IMG/VR virus record: IMGVR_UViG_3300041409_000157
Location: 8,117-72,116 of that record
Source of the DNA: a virus
DNA: 64,000 nucleotides
Reading direction: 5' to 3' (one strand)
Part shown: positions 55,584 to 64,000 of the stretch, one piece after another
Layout: each line of letters begins with the position of its first letter
Position numbering within the stretch: position 1 is the first letter of the stretch
Notes under the pieces: model-generated
Told to the model about the DNA's origin: nothing
Databases searched by the model: none
What the model saw: only the letters and a program-made list of their open reading frames with translations
Translations under genes and position numbers: made by a program

Positions 55584-57480
55584 AGGCTGCCCCCACTGGC
55601 GGCACCGCCTGACCTGAATCGTTCCGGCCCACCACGGCAACCTCCCAGTAGAGGAACCTTCCACGTTGCAGGTAGAACCAGCGCGGAGCCACCGTCGGGC
55701 GGAGATTACGCGCCAGGTATTGCAAGGTTGTCATGTCGTCTGGGCACCGGATCTCCTTCTCCGTCATGGCCTTCCAGAGCACCTCGCACCGGCCTCCATT
55801 CGTGGCGAATTCCGCCTCCCACTCCGGCGCGATGGGGTCGATGTCGTAGAAGAACGCCAGCGGGTTCCCGTCAGGGTTGCAGTCCCGCGCCTGATAGGAG
55901 GTGCCGATACGGACGCGCCAGTAGGCGGAATCCCCGAGCAGCGACTCGACGATGGGGTCGATCAGGATTTCCTTTGCCGACTTCTCCTTGTCCATGAACC
56001 CGAGCGGCATCATCGCCCGCATCATGCTGAAATAGCCGTCATGGACATATTCGCCGGGGAACGCCAGATAGTTGCCCTCGTTATCGAACCCGCCCTCACC
56101 CGTCTCCGTGTTGGTGCATCGCTCCCGACTGTAGGTGTCGCCAAGCTGCTTCAAGCACCAGTCATCCGAGGATGCGCCCACGAAAAGCTGCTGCTGATTG
56201 CACTCCCGGCAAAGGTCATCCACGGAAACGGCCCCGATCTCGTTGCACAGCGAGATAAAATCGCTGGTGCAATGCGCGTCCAGCCATTCCTCGATGGACT
56301 CCCGCTGGTCACTCCGGTAGTTGCAGAAGGCGGTGAACCCGTGGTCCAGCACCGAGGTGGTCTTCACCTTGGCGTTGGCCTTGATGGTGCGGAATGGCAG
56401 GCAGTCGCTCTCAGCCTTGGGCCATGACCAGTAGATCGTCTCAAGGATGGGCCGGTATTCACCTACGGGACCATCGCAGCAGGACTGGTCCAGCGTGTCC
56501 GCCACGAGATTCCAGCAACTCCACAACCAGTCGGGAGTGGATGGTTCCGAGGAGTAGATGTTCCAGGTGTAGAAGTTGTCCCGGCCCATCCAGTAAAGGC
56601 TGTTTCCGTCTGACACCAGCGTACGCGGATACACGAGGCACTTGTTTCGGTTACGCGGCTCGGTATAGACCTGCGTGAAGCCAAAGGATTCACCCTGCAC
56701 GAAGCACCGGTAGATGCTCTTGTCGGTGAAGATGACGAGGTTGCCCTGCAAAGGGACGGCCGCGAGCACCGTCTCCCCGTAGGGCAGGTCTTGGAAGTTC
56801 GCCACGGTGTTCACCCCGGGCACCCATGTCAGGGGCTTGTTCACCCCGCTCCAGCGCACACGGCTGCTGTATCGCGTTCCCTCCTGCGTGACATCCATCA
56901 GGAAGATTGCCCCGAAGAATGACGCCACGACCCCAGCGGCGGTGACCTGCAAGGTGTTCAGGTCGGGGATCTCGTTGAAGGCGCTCCCGCCGCAGACTGT
57001 CGGCGTGGACCCCACGATGTAGGACCGCGGCTTGTCCACCCCGTTGGTGAACACCATCATGTTACCCGACTGCCCGGCTTGCCACCGCACGGCATTGCTC
57101 GTGGTGTCCCCGCCGAAGTCGCGCGCCACGATGGTCCATTCCCCCGTGGATTCGCTCAAGATGGCCACCTTGCTGCGGCTCCCGCGCATGAGCTTGCGGA
57201 TACCCAGCGTGTTGGTGGCCTCGTAGAGGAACGTCTGCGGCTCACGGAGGGGCACCACCTCAAGGCAGTCGCCTTGATCGTGCGCGTCTTGGTTCACGTA
57301 GTCCTCTTTTGAGAGGAGCTTCTCCCAGCCGTTATCTCGGGCCAGTCGGTCATTGGCATCCACCTGCATGTTGAGCTTCATGCGGAAGCTCAGAGGAGGA
57401 ACGTCCTCCGGGGTGGAGCGGCAGTCCAGCGGGCCAGTCAAGGGCCGCAGCGTGACCGTCTTGTAGGGAGGTTGGACCAT
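55537..57480 (-). CDS. Tail nozzle / packaged-DNA stabilisation protein (P22 gp10 / T7 gp12-like)
   Basis: 647 aa, beta-propeller-like; FTNGVD.P and RVRWS.....W motifs. Confidence 0.7.
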   Translation of the reverse strand: MVQPPYKTVTLRPLTGPLDCRSTPEDVPPLSFRMKLNMQVDANDRLARDNGWEKLLSKEDYVNQDAHDQGDCLEVVPLREPQTFLYEATNTLGIRKLMRGSRSKVAILSESTGEWTIVARDFGGDTTSNAVRWQAGQSGNMMVFTNGVDKPRSYIVGSTPTVCGGSAFNEIPDLNTLQVTAAGVVASFFGAIFLMDVTQEGTRYSSRVRWSGVNKPLTWVPGVNTVANFQDLPYGETVLAAVPLQGNLVIFTDKSIYRCFVQGESFGFTQVYTEPRNRNKCLVYPRTLVSDGNSLYWMGRDNFYTWNIYSSEPSTPDWLWSCWNLVADTLDQSCCDGPVGEYRPILETIYWSWPKAESDCLPFRTIKANAKVKTTSVLDHGFTAFCNYRSDQRESIEEWLDAHCTSDFISLCNEIGAVSVDDLCRECNQQQLFVGASSDDWCLKQLGDTYSRERCTNTETGEGGFDNEGNYLAFPGEYVHDGYFSMMRAMMPLGFMDKEKSAKEILIDPIVESLLGDSAYWRVRIGTSYQARDCNPDGNPLAFFYDIDPIAPEWEAEFATNGGRCEVLWKAMTEKEIRCPDDMTTLQYLARNLRPTVAPRWFYLQRGRFLYWEVAVVGRNDSGQAVPPVGAAFTMGRIELAARVLQA

Positions 57481-57484
57481 GGAG

Positions 57485-58531
57485 TTACGAGGGGAGTCCC
57501 GCTACAGCGGTCACATGGGCCATGCTCGCCGGGGCCAGCATCTTGAGCACGGTCGGGACCATGCACCCGCCGCCGTCCACATACTGGTAGATGTCACCCG
57601 TCTGCTGGAACCACTCGTAGCGGAAGCCGTTCTTGTTGAGCGGTCCCGTGAAGGTGTTTGTGCCGACATGCGGCGGCGTCGCGGAGCCGCCAAGGCTGCA
57701 CTCCAGCGTGGCCGTGAGCGCGTAACTGTAGGCGGGGTCCGGCGTCGTGTTGATGACGATGGACCGATACTGCGCGCCACCATCCCAGCAGATACAGCGG
57801 AGGTTCCCACCCGTGTCATAGGCGGAGCTGATGGGGTTCACCACCGTGGCTGTGTCCAGCAGGAACACTTGGAAGCCCAGCGCGGTGGCATCCGCCGTGG
57901 TGGTGTTGACCGTGTAGAACTGGCTCTGTAGGGCCGCGAACTCGTTCACCCACTGCGACATCATCAAGGTGCCACCCGGCTGGAACACAAGGCCCATTCC
58001 GGTCATCCCGTTGGGCGTCTGCGGCACGCCACTCACGGTCAGTGGTGCAATGGGAGTGATCGTCCCGGTGGTCGTCGAGATGGTCCCGAGGCGGAGGGGT
58101 GCCGGGGCCGGATCATTCGTCTCGTCCCGGTAGAGCACGAACACGACACCGTCGGAGGGGCGAATTGCCATCCCGAGGATGACCGCATCCATGTCGCCGT
58201 TGATGGTCGTGTAGGTGAAGTCCGCGAAGTTGACGAAGAAGAATCTCCCCCGGTTCTTCCCGGCGCTGACGAAATACGAGGCGACGAATGAGGCGGTGTC
58301 GCTGGATGGGTCAGGCGTGGAGGTGTTCGTATCGCCGCCTCCACCAGCGCAGCCGGTGGCGCAGAGGAGCACCTTGAAGGTAGTCGTGAAGTCGCCCTGC
58401 TCGGTGAAGATGAACGCCTGCTGATCCGCTGTGAGGTTCACCATCTTGAACGTCTTGGCGAAGGCTTCGCAGACTGAATCTCCCGGGTTCACGACCTGCG
58501 CGGCAAAGACTGAAGGAGGTTGAAAAGCCAC
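57485..58531 (-). CDS. Putative tail/receptor-binding protein with beta-propeller-like domain
   Basis: GTG start after the upstream stop; repeats LGTISTTTG and YTVNTTTA; N-terminus similar to the upstream small gene. Confidence 0.55.
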   Translation of the reverse strand: MAFQPPSVFAAQVVNPGDSVCEAFAKTFKMVNLTADQQAFIFTEQGDFTTTFKVLLCATGCAGGGGDTNTSTPDPSSDTASFVASYFVSAGKNRGRFFFVNFADFTYTTINGDMDAVILGMAIRPSDGVVFVLYRDETNDPAPAPLRLGTISTTTGTITPIAPLTVSGVPQTPNGMTGMGLVFQPGGTLMMSQWVNEFAALQSQFYTVNTTTADATALGFQVFLLDTATVVNPISSAYDTGGNLRCICWDGGAQYRSIVINTTPDPAYSYALTATLECSLGGSATPPHVGTNTFTGPLNKNGFRYEWFQQTGDIYQYVDGGGCMVPTVLKMLAPASMAHVTAVAGLPS

Positions 58532-58535
58532 TGTG

Positions 58536-58760
58536 TTAGGCGGTTGAGGTGTTGGTATCTGTCCCGCCACAGGCCGTGTGGCAAATCTCGTAAGCAAATG
58601 ACACGTTCAGTGATCCATCTTCGTTGAACATGCAGGCTTGGTTCTGTGCCATGAGGGAGGTCCACTGCATGAGGATGGCCTTGATCTCGTCGCAAGACGG
58701 GTTGGCAATGTCCGTTGGGACGAGCGCAGCTAGCTGGCTAGGGAGCGGACAGGACGTCAT
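58536..58760 (-). CDS. Small structural protein
   Basis: Shares F.E.G.....F...C.T.C.G.DTNTST with the N-terminus of the next gene. Confidence 0.6.
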   Translation of the reverse strand: MTSCPLPSQLAALVPTDIANPSCDEIKAILMQWTSLMAQNQACMFNEDGSLNVSFAYEICHTACGGTDTNTSTA

Positions 58761-58803
58761 TGCTTCCTGACTTTGCCACCAGCGGGGAGCCTTTCAAGCT
58801 GAA

Positions 58804-59745
58804 TCAGCCTTCCCAGAACCGTGGCAGGTTGAACTTCTGGAGGAACCAGTCGAGGTCGCGCTCAAAAACCACGTCGTTGAAGGCCCGCTCAACCTCAATC
58901 TGGGGCTGCTGCTCCCTGACTACGTTGAGGGCGATCTTGAAGTCCGTCTCCGGCCGCACCTGCTCCCGCAGCTTCTCGACGATGAACTTCGCCGCATCCT
59001 CCGGGAACATCGTCATGGCCAGCATGATCTTGTTGTGCAGGATGTTGGCCGTCTTGCTCCGATAGCTGGTTGCCTTGCGAAATTGGTGGCCGCAAACGAT
59101 GTCCCGGGCGAGCCTGCATTCACCACCCGCCAGCCAGACCTTCAGGCTGAGGTAGATGTCGGACACTCCCCAATCGCGCAGCATCCTCATCCCACCCACC
59201 CGGAAGAACAGCGAGCGCGGCATCAGGTAGGCGGCTCCAAGCACGCACTGGATCTCGCCACCGTCTGGGGGATGCTGCGGAGCGGAAAGCCAGTTCGGCT
59301 CCAGCACCTGCATCTCCTGCGGCTTCTTCTTGTGCGGCCCGAAGAAGTTGATGCTGGCCCCATGCTGGATGCTGGTGGCCTTGGAGAGGTCCATCTGGTT
59401 CTCGTTGAGCACAGCGCAGGAGCATGACCAGAGGGTATCGGGATTGGATTCCAGCTTGGCGATGGCTTTCTCATACCACCCTTGCGGGAGGCGCATGTGA
59501 CTATCGAGGAAGAAGAGATGATACTGACTAGCCATGGTGGCGCAGATGTGGCGGGCAGGACCAACGCCTGCACGGCCATTGATGCGTCTGAAAACTACAT
59601 CCGGGTCATCAATCTTGAGCGGGATGTCGGACCCATCATCCAGGATAATCAGCTCAACCTGGCCCCCGGCAGTCTCCCGCACGGAGCGGATCGTGGCATT
59701 CGCTTCGACCGGATCGTTACGAACGGGGATGCAGACGGAGATCAT
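58804..59745 (-). CDS. Glycosyltransferase family 2
   Basis: ISVCIP, IILDDGS, FLDSH, GG...WG. Confidence 0.9.
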   Translation of the reverse strand: MISVCIPVRNDPVEANATIRSVRETAGGQVELIILDDGSDIPLKIDDPDVVFRRINGRAGVGPARHICATMASQYHLFFLDSHMRLPQGWYEKAIAKLESNPDTLWSCSCAVLNENQMDLSKATSIQHGASINFFGPHKKKPQEMQVLEPNWLSAPQHPPDGGEIQCVLGAAYLMPRSLFFRVGGMRMLRDWGVSDIYLSLKVWLAGGECRLARDIVCGHQFRKATSYRSKTANILHNKIMLAMTMFPEDAAKFIVEKLREQVRPETDFKIALNVVREQQPQIEVERAFNDVVFERDLDWFLQKFNLPRFWEG

Positions 59746-60257
59746 TTCACGAGCTTGCTGATAGCGATTGCCAGAAGCCGCGCTGAAAGTCGGGCATCAC
59801 TCTGCGGATTGTGTGCTGGAAGTTCCGGCTTGAGTCGTGGGTATGTGGCCATCGCATCCATCCCCGCAGCGGTCATGTAGGTGGCGATTTCGTGGAGCGG
59901 ATACGGGCCTTGAAACTCGCGCCTCGGATCATCGCCAATGCACTGCGACATCAGATTCGCCTCAACAGGCCACCCGCATTCCACCATCGCAATGGCTCCT
60001 TGAGCTTTCGCAGCCTCCCACAGCTTCCAGAAGCTGTCGCGCATTTCCTTCGGGGTGTTGTGCGTCCAGTCCATCGCTGGAACATTCTCAGCCACCCATT
60101 TCCGGCCAGCTTCATTGCCCTTGCAGGCGTCCTGTGGGCAGGCCATTGTGAACTCCCACTGCGCGGTCCCGTCCTCCAGATAAACCCCTCCACCAATGGC
60201 ACAGGCTTCACCAGATAGGCCGATTGACTCGGCATCAAACACGAAGAATTTTGTCAT
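59742..60257 (-). CDS. DEDDh 3'-5' exonuclease-like protein
   Basis: VFDAES and HNP.SDAR motifs. Confidence 0.75.
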   Translation of the reverse strand: MTKFFVFDAESIGLSGEACAIGGGVYLEDGTAQWEFTMACPQDACKGNEAGRKWVAENVPAMDWTHNTPKEMRDSFWKLWEAAKAQGAIAMVECGWPVEANLMSQCIGDDPRREFQGPYPLHEIATYMTAAGMDAMATYPRLKPELPAHNPQSDARLSARLLAIAISKLVK

Positions 60258-60304
60258 GCATTATTTCCTGTTACAGGCAGCGACACAGAGATCATCTATT
60301 CTTG

Positions 60305-60589
60305 TTATGCCCACCGAGACAATGTTTCGATGACACGCTGAGCACATTGTTTCGCGGCCCCGATTGCCGTCTGACAGTCGTAGTCTGACCGCACCTCGAA
60401 AGTTGTCGCCGCATTGCTGACGTGCATTTCGCACACGCACAACCATGTTGCGTCCCTCATCCTTGAAATACGCGGCTTTCCAGCCAAACAGAGGTTGTTA
60501 AGCAGGTCTTCGAGTGACTGATTGGCAAAACCCGCCAGTGGAGCCAACGCTGCTGGTGCTGGCCGCTCGGATGTCACGATTGAATTCAT
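60305..60589 (-). CDS. Hypothetical protein with cassette-like boundaries
   Basis: ATGA-coupled; ends GGCATAAC. Confidence 0.6.
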   Translation of the reverse strand: MNSIVTSERPAPAALAPLAGFANQSLEDLLNNLCLAGKPRISRMRDATWLCVCEMHVSNAATTFEVRSDYDCQTAIGAAKQCAQRVIETLSRWA

Positions 60590-61308
60590 AAATTGCGATT
60601 CTCATCAATCCACTTCCTTGTCAGCCCCCAATAATCAGCCCTCCACCGAGGATGCAGCACCACGCGACCCCTCCTCGGACGATTCTTCACAAGCAACCGG
60701 TCCACCTCCTCCAAGCACGTCCTTCCCGAGCGACCCCCGCAGGCGGACACGTTGTAGGCTCCCCGGCCAAAGCCATAGATGAAGCCCACCTCGGGAGCAT
60801 CGCACTGCGCCTTCACCCCTTGGCCTTGAGCCATGACTTTTCCCATGAACACCTTGTCCTCGCCAGTATCCTTGTGGGGGTAGCCGCCCACCTTCTCCCA
60901 AAGGGAGCGCCGGAACATAGTGCTGTTCACGGCCTGCTCGGCGAGGCCCGTGATGCGGCTGCGCTTCATGCACCACCGCTGCGACTGCCTGATCCAGTCC
61001 ATGTCCTTCACCCGGCTAGCCAGCCACGAGATGTATTGCGGGAGGTAGATGTCGTCATCGTCAAAGTTGAGGATGAACTCTCCACGGCATTCCTCAATGC
61101 ACCGGTTGCGCGTCTCACCGAGGGTCTTTGGCCGGTGGAATGTGTTGATGACCCTCACGTTGGGATGCTCGAACTGGAGGGTTTGGCGGCTCAACGTGTT
61201 GAACACTACCAGCTCGTGCCCGCTGAAGTCCTGCCGGAGCCATGACTCGATGGCTTCTTCGAGGAGCTCGGGACGGCCATACGTGATACATGCTGCCGAA
61301 ACTTTCAC
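60586..61308 (-). CDS. Glycosyltransferase family 2
   Basis: ITYGRP..L.EAIES.LRQ, G.TRN, FDDDD, GGY...GED. Confidence 0.9.
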   Translation of the reverse strand: MKVSAACITYGRPELLEEAIESWLRQDFSGHELVVFNTLSRQTLQFEHPNVRVINTFHRPKTLGETRNRCIEECRGEFILNFDDDDIYLPQYISWLASRVKDMDWIRQSQRWCMKRSRITGLAEQAVNSTMFRRSLWEKVGGYPHKDTGEDKVFMGKVMAQGQGVKAQCDAPEVGFIYGFGRGAYNVSACGGRSGRTCLEEVDRLLVKNRPRRGRVVLHPRWRADYWGLTRKWIDENRNL

Positions 61309-61622
61309 GCCTTAATTAATCACCAACCAGTTCCAGTTTTCGGGATAGTAGTCTCCATCATATCTCGGGCGATAGCACTTGACCCCAGTCACTGCAATCT
61401 TGCCAGCATTCCGAGGATCGGAAGCATCGAAGCATTCCTCTGGGTCCAGCTTGTAAAGCTCGACCAACTGACGATACCCAATAAAGTGAATATCGCCGTC
61501 GTTCCGACTTGTGACAATACCCGGAAAAATCGCGCAAGTTTTAGGTTTCTGGCTCATGCCTGTGGTTCCACTACCTTGTCATCACCGGTGTCCTTGTGGG
61601 GCTGCCGAAACTTTCACGCCTT
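61292..61622. repeat. 22-bp direct repeat GCTGCCGAAACTTTCACGCCTT (61292-61313, 61601-61622)
   Basis: Exact match read from the sequence. Confidence 0.9.
61312..61557 (-). CDS. Hypothetical phage protein
   Basis: PG.V.S.NDGD.H.I motif; flanked by 22-bp direct repeats. Confidence 0.65.
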   Translation of the reverse strand: MSQKPKTCAIFPGIVTSRNDGDIHFIGYRQLVELYKLDPEECFDASDPRNAGKIAVTGVKCYRPRYDGDYYPENWNWLVIN

Positions 61623-61823
61623 GCTCTGGAGGGTGAGAGCGTAGCAGCCAGCCCGAACCGCATCGGCAGCTTTGGCTTTCTCAATGATGTTGGCAGCGTA
61701 GCAGAACTGCCTGTCGAGTATGGCGGTTGATGCTGCCTTGCACAATTCAGTCACCGCCTTGTCAGCCTCCTCGGCAGCCAGCTTGCAGTTCTCGTTGATT
61801 TGGTTTTGTTTTTCAGCATTCAT
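61614..61823 (-). CDS. Hypothetical protein
   Basis: 69 aa, helical. Confidence 0.5.
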   Translation of the reverse strand: MNAEKQNQINENCKLAAEEADKAVTELCKAASTAILDRQFCYAANIIEKAKAADAVRAGCYALTLQSKA

Positions 61824-62523
61824 AATTCGGATCATGCTTGTGGTTCCACTCCGCCCAGTTCTCATTGAGCATGAACCCTTGCGCGGGATTCTCCTGGACG
61901 ATCACCCCGATGTCACCCGTCCGAAGAGCCTGATGAACAAAGCCGTCAGTGGGCCTTGTCGGCATCCATGGCAGTCGCTTCATCAAGGCCCGTGCCGCCG
62001 CGGGCTTCACGCAGTAGGCAGCCGTGCAGGAGAGGTCCGCCGTGCGCCACAGTCGGGCCAATCCTCCACCGAGCACCTTGACCTCGCTCGCAGCATACCG
62101 CTTGAGCGTGTCCTTCACGGAGGGGTTCTGGCCAAGCAGAAACAGGATGTCGTCTGGGTCGGACATGCTGGTGAACACCGCCAGCGCAGAGACGACGGAA
62201 TTGTCCTTCGAAAGGATGGCGTCATCCTCCAGAATCAACACCGGCTGATTCGTCTCATCAGCCAACCTCCAAAGCTCGTAGTTGGAGAGCAGATTCCCGA
62301 TGCACCCGCTGCCAAGCTTCAGCCGCATCCCTCGCCAGCCAATCGCCCCATCCGCCACGGTCACCGATCCGCCGATGATGGCCGGGAAGATTTCTGGCTG
62401 GAGGCCGATGGCTTTGAGACTCGGAACGAGCGTGTTCTTCACATGCTCAAGCCTGCGCTTGAACTTGGAGTGGATGCCGGGAGCGGGTGCCGTGACGGCG
62501 ATGATGCGAGTTAGTAGGGCCAT
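61813..62523 (-). CDS. Glycosyltransferase family 25-like
   Basis: FPAI.G, IG..LS...LW, LILEDDA, TAAY.V...AA..L. Confidence 0.8.
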   Translation of the reverse strand: MALLTRIIAVTAPAPGIHSKFKRRLEHVKNTLVPSLKAIGLQPEIFPAIIGGSVTVADGAIGWRGMRLKLGSGCIGNLLSNYELWRLADETNQPVLILEDDAILSKDNSVVSALAVFTSMSDPDDILFLLGQNPSVKDTLKRYAASEVKVLGGGLARLWRTADLSCTAAYCVKPAAARALMKRLPWMPTRPTDGFVHQALRTGDIGVIVQENPAQGFMLNENWAEWNHKHDPNYEC

Positions 62524-63104
62524 ATCTTTGCGTCGCATCCTGCGGCCTTGAGCTGTGCCATGAGGCTCTCCTCCAGCAACCGCTCCTGATGGCATTCCTG
62601 CGCAACGTAGTGCCACTCAATTAGCATCTCCTTAACGCGGCTCATGGCTTCGGGATGATTGAGCAAGTCCTGCACAATGCCGTATTCCGAGCCTTCCGCG
62701 TCCAGCTTGATGACGATGCGGTCGCCGGGGTGGGTGTGCTGCAAGATGAAGTCGGACAGCTTCACCTTCGCCACCATCACCCGGTAGCCTGACTCGCTGG
62801 GATAGTTCCAAAGCTCGTTGTGCAGCGATCCGTGCTGCAAGGTGTCACAGAGCGAGTCTGCGCTTTCGTTGAACAGTGCTGTTCCGATGGACCCGTCAAT
62901 GGCAAATGGAAGCACCGTCACCTGATAGCGATGCGCCATCTCCTCGGCCTTCTCCAAAAGCTTTGCGAGGCTTCTCGGGGACGGCTCAAACAGATACACT
63001 TCCCAACCGTCGTAAACAGGCGTCTTGCAGAGATGCCAGTCGAATGCCTGCCCCTGATTGGCTCCGATGTCGAAGAAGAAGTTCACAGGACTGGTGGCCC
63101 CCAC
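62511..63104 (-). CDS. FkbM-family methyltransferase
   Basis: FDIGAN.G, FEP, IKLDAEGSE, IEWH. Confidence 0.9.
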   Translation of the reverse strand: MGATSPVNFFFDIGANQGQAFDWHLCKTPVYDGWEVYLFEPSPRSLAKLLEKAEEMAHRYQVTVLPFAIDGSIGTALFNESADSLCDTLQHGSLHNELWNYPSESGYRVMVAKVKLSDFILQHTHPGDRIVIKLDAEGSEYGIVQDLLNHPEAMSRVKEMLIEWHYVAQECHQERLLEESLMAQLKAAGCDAKIWPY

Positions 63105-63940
63105 TGCTGGTTAATCGCCCCCTTGTGATGCGCGTCATTGCCATCCTTGCACAGCTCCCCATGGCCATGTCCTGCGCGATGCGAACAGTGCTGGTTGTGC
63201 CGGTAGCAGAAGCCATCCTCCACACGCACCCGGAATCCAAGCGCGGGACACAGGAAGCGCGCAATGGCCCCCTGCACCAGCGCATCGTCCCACCCCATGG
63301 TGATGCCGCCATTCACCGCCTCGATGCTGTCCGTGAACGACTTCACGATGGGATGCTTCCAGAGACGCAGGCTGCTCGTGTGGTAGTTGGTGTAGGGGAC
63401 TGCGTGGAGGTTCGGCACCTGCGCCGGGACCGGGAGGTGATTCTCCAGCATGAACTGGAAGACATGCGGCCAGAAGCCTTCACTGCGGTCCTCGAAGGTG
63501 GTCCGGTAGGTGTAGTCGTGGTCGAGTATCTTCGGGATCACCTGCGCCATGTCGCTAAGGATGTAGCTGTCATCGTCGAGCCGCATGTAGTGAGTGAATC
63601 CATCCAGCGCGGGATGCGCCTGCATGACCCCGCTGAAGAACCGGCACATCATACCATAGCCGTAGGTGCCAACCCGCTCACTCCGGTAGCCGGGCCGGTA
63701 GAGGTTCTCATGGGTGGAGAAGTCCACCTTGACAAGCTGAATTGGAGCCATCGCGCCAACGTATGCTTTGTAGAGTCTCAATTCATCCTCACATGTGTAA
63801 TCCTCATGAAAAATCACCACCGGATAGCCCGGCATGAAGCGCGCCACCAGCTTCAGGGAAGCCTTAAGGCAGTCGAGCCGGGACCACTTGAGCCATCCCC
63901 ATGCGCGGGGTGAGGCGAGATAGACGATGGCGAGGTTCAT
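63083..63940 (-). CDS. GT15 (Kre2/Mnt1-like mannosyltransferase) homologue
   Basis: YP.VIFHED, GY..MCRFFSG, HP.L..F..YMR.DDD and GWDDA parallel Kre2 motifs Y.HMCRF.SG and RWGDA. Confidence 0.75.
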   Translation of the reverse strand: MNLAIVYLASPRAWGWLKWSRLDCLKASLKLVARFMPGYPVVIFHEDYTCEDELRLYKAYVGAMAPIQLVKVDFSTHENLYRPGYRSERVGTYGYGMMCRFFSGVMQAHPALDGFTHYMRLDDDSYILSDMAQVIPKILDHDYTYRTTFEDRSEGFWPHVFQFMLENHLPVPAQVPNLHAVPYTNYHTSSLRLWKHPIVKSFTDSIEAVNGGITMGWDDALVQGAIARFLCPALGFRVRVEDGFCYRHNQHCSHRAGHGHGELCKDGNDAHHKGAINQQWGPPVL

Positions 63941-64000
63941 TCAGATTCGGAAATAAGCCGCACCAGTGTCGCACGCAATAACCGGCTCCAGCTTGAGGCC
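63941..64000 (-). CDS. C-terminus of an upstream gene (truncated by window edge)
   Basis: ...GLKLEPVIACDTGAAYFRI*; stop abuts the GT15-like start. Confidence 0.5.
   Translation of the reverse strand, partial: GLKLEPVIACDTGAAYFRI

Overview
The window looks like most of a GC-rich, podovirus-like tailed phage genome. No rRNA, canonical tRNA, CRISPR array, integrase, DNA polymerase or recognisable endolysin is visible. Left to right: (i) minus-strand head module (probable major capsid N-terminus cut by the window edge, scaffold-like, portal-like) with a divergently oriented large terminase; (ii) minus-strand accessory and replication genes; (iii) a ~470-nt promoter-driven, highly structured non-coding region at 11.4-11.9 kb ending in a circularly permuted tRNA-like module; (iv) a plus-strand early-type cluster of small genes separated by related hairpins; (v) a long minus-strand DNA-metabolism operon (two-frame C5 methyltransferase, MazG, VRR-NUC, DnaC-like loader, HNH, split UvrD, N4/N6 MTase, SbcC-like ATPase, SSB-like protein); (vi) a lysis-like block containing a CheY-like receiver protein; (vii) plus-strand putative ejection proteins including a ~3150-aa giant; (viii) tail genes and a glycosylation cluster (two GT2, GT25, FkbM, GT15-like). 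Best leads: the structured RNA with a tRNA-elbow mimic showing a compensatory C19-G56 pair; three genes bounded by integron-cassette-like core/inverse-core sites; and the glycosyltransferase cluster beside tail genes. All product calls come from motif recognition by eye, with no database search. Several starts were re-assigned relative to the ORF track.
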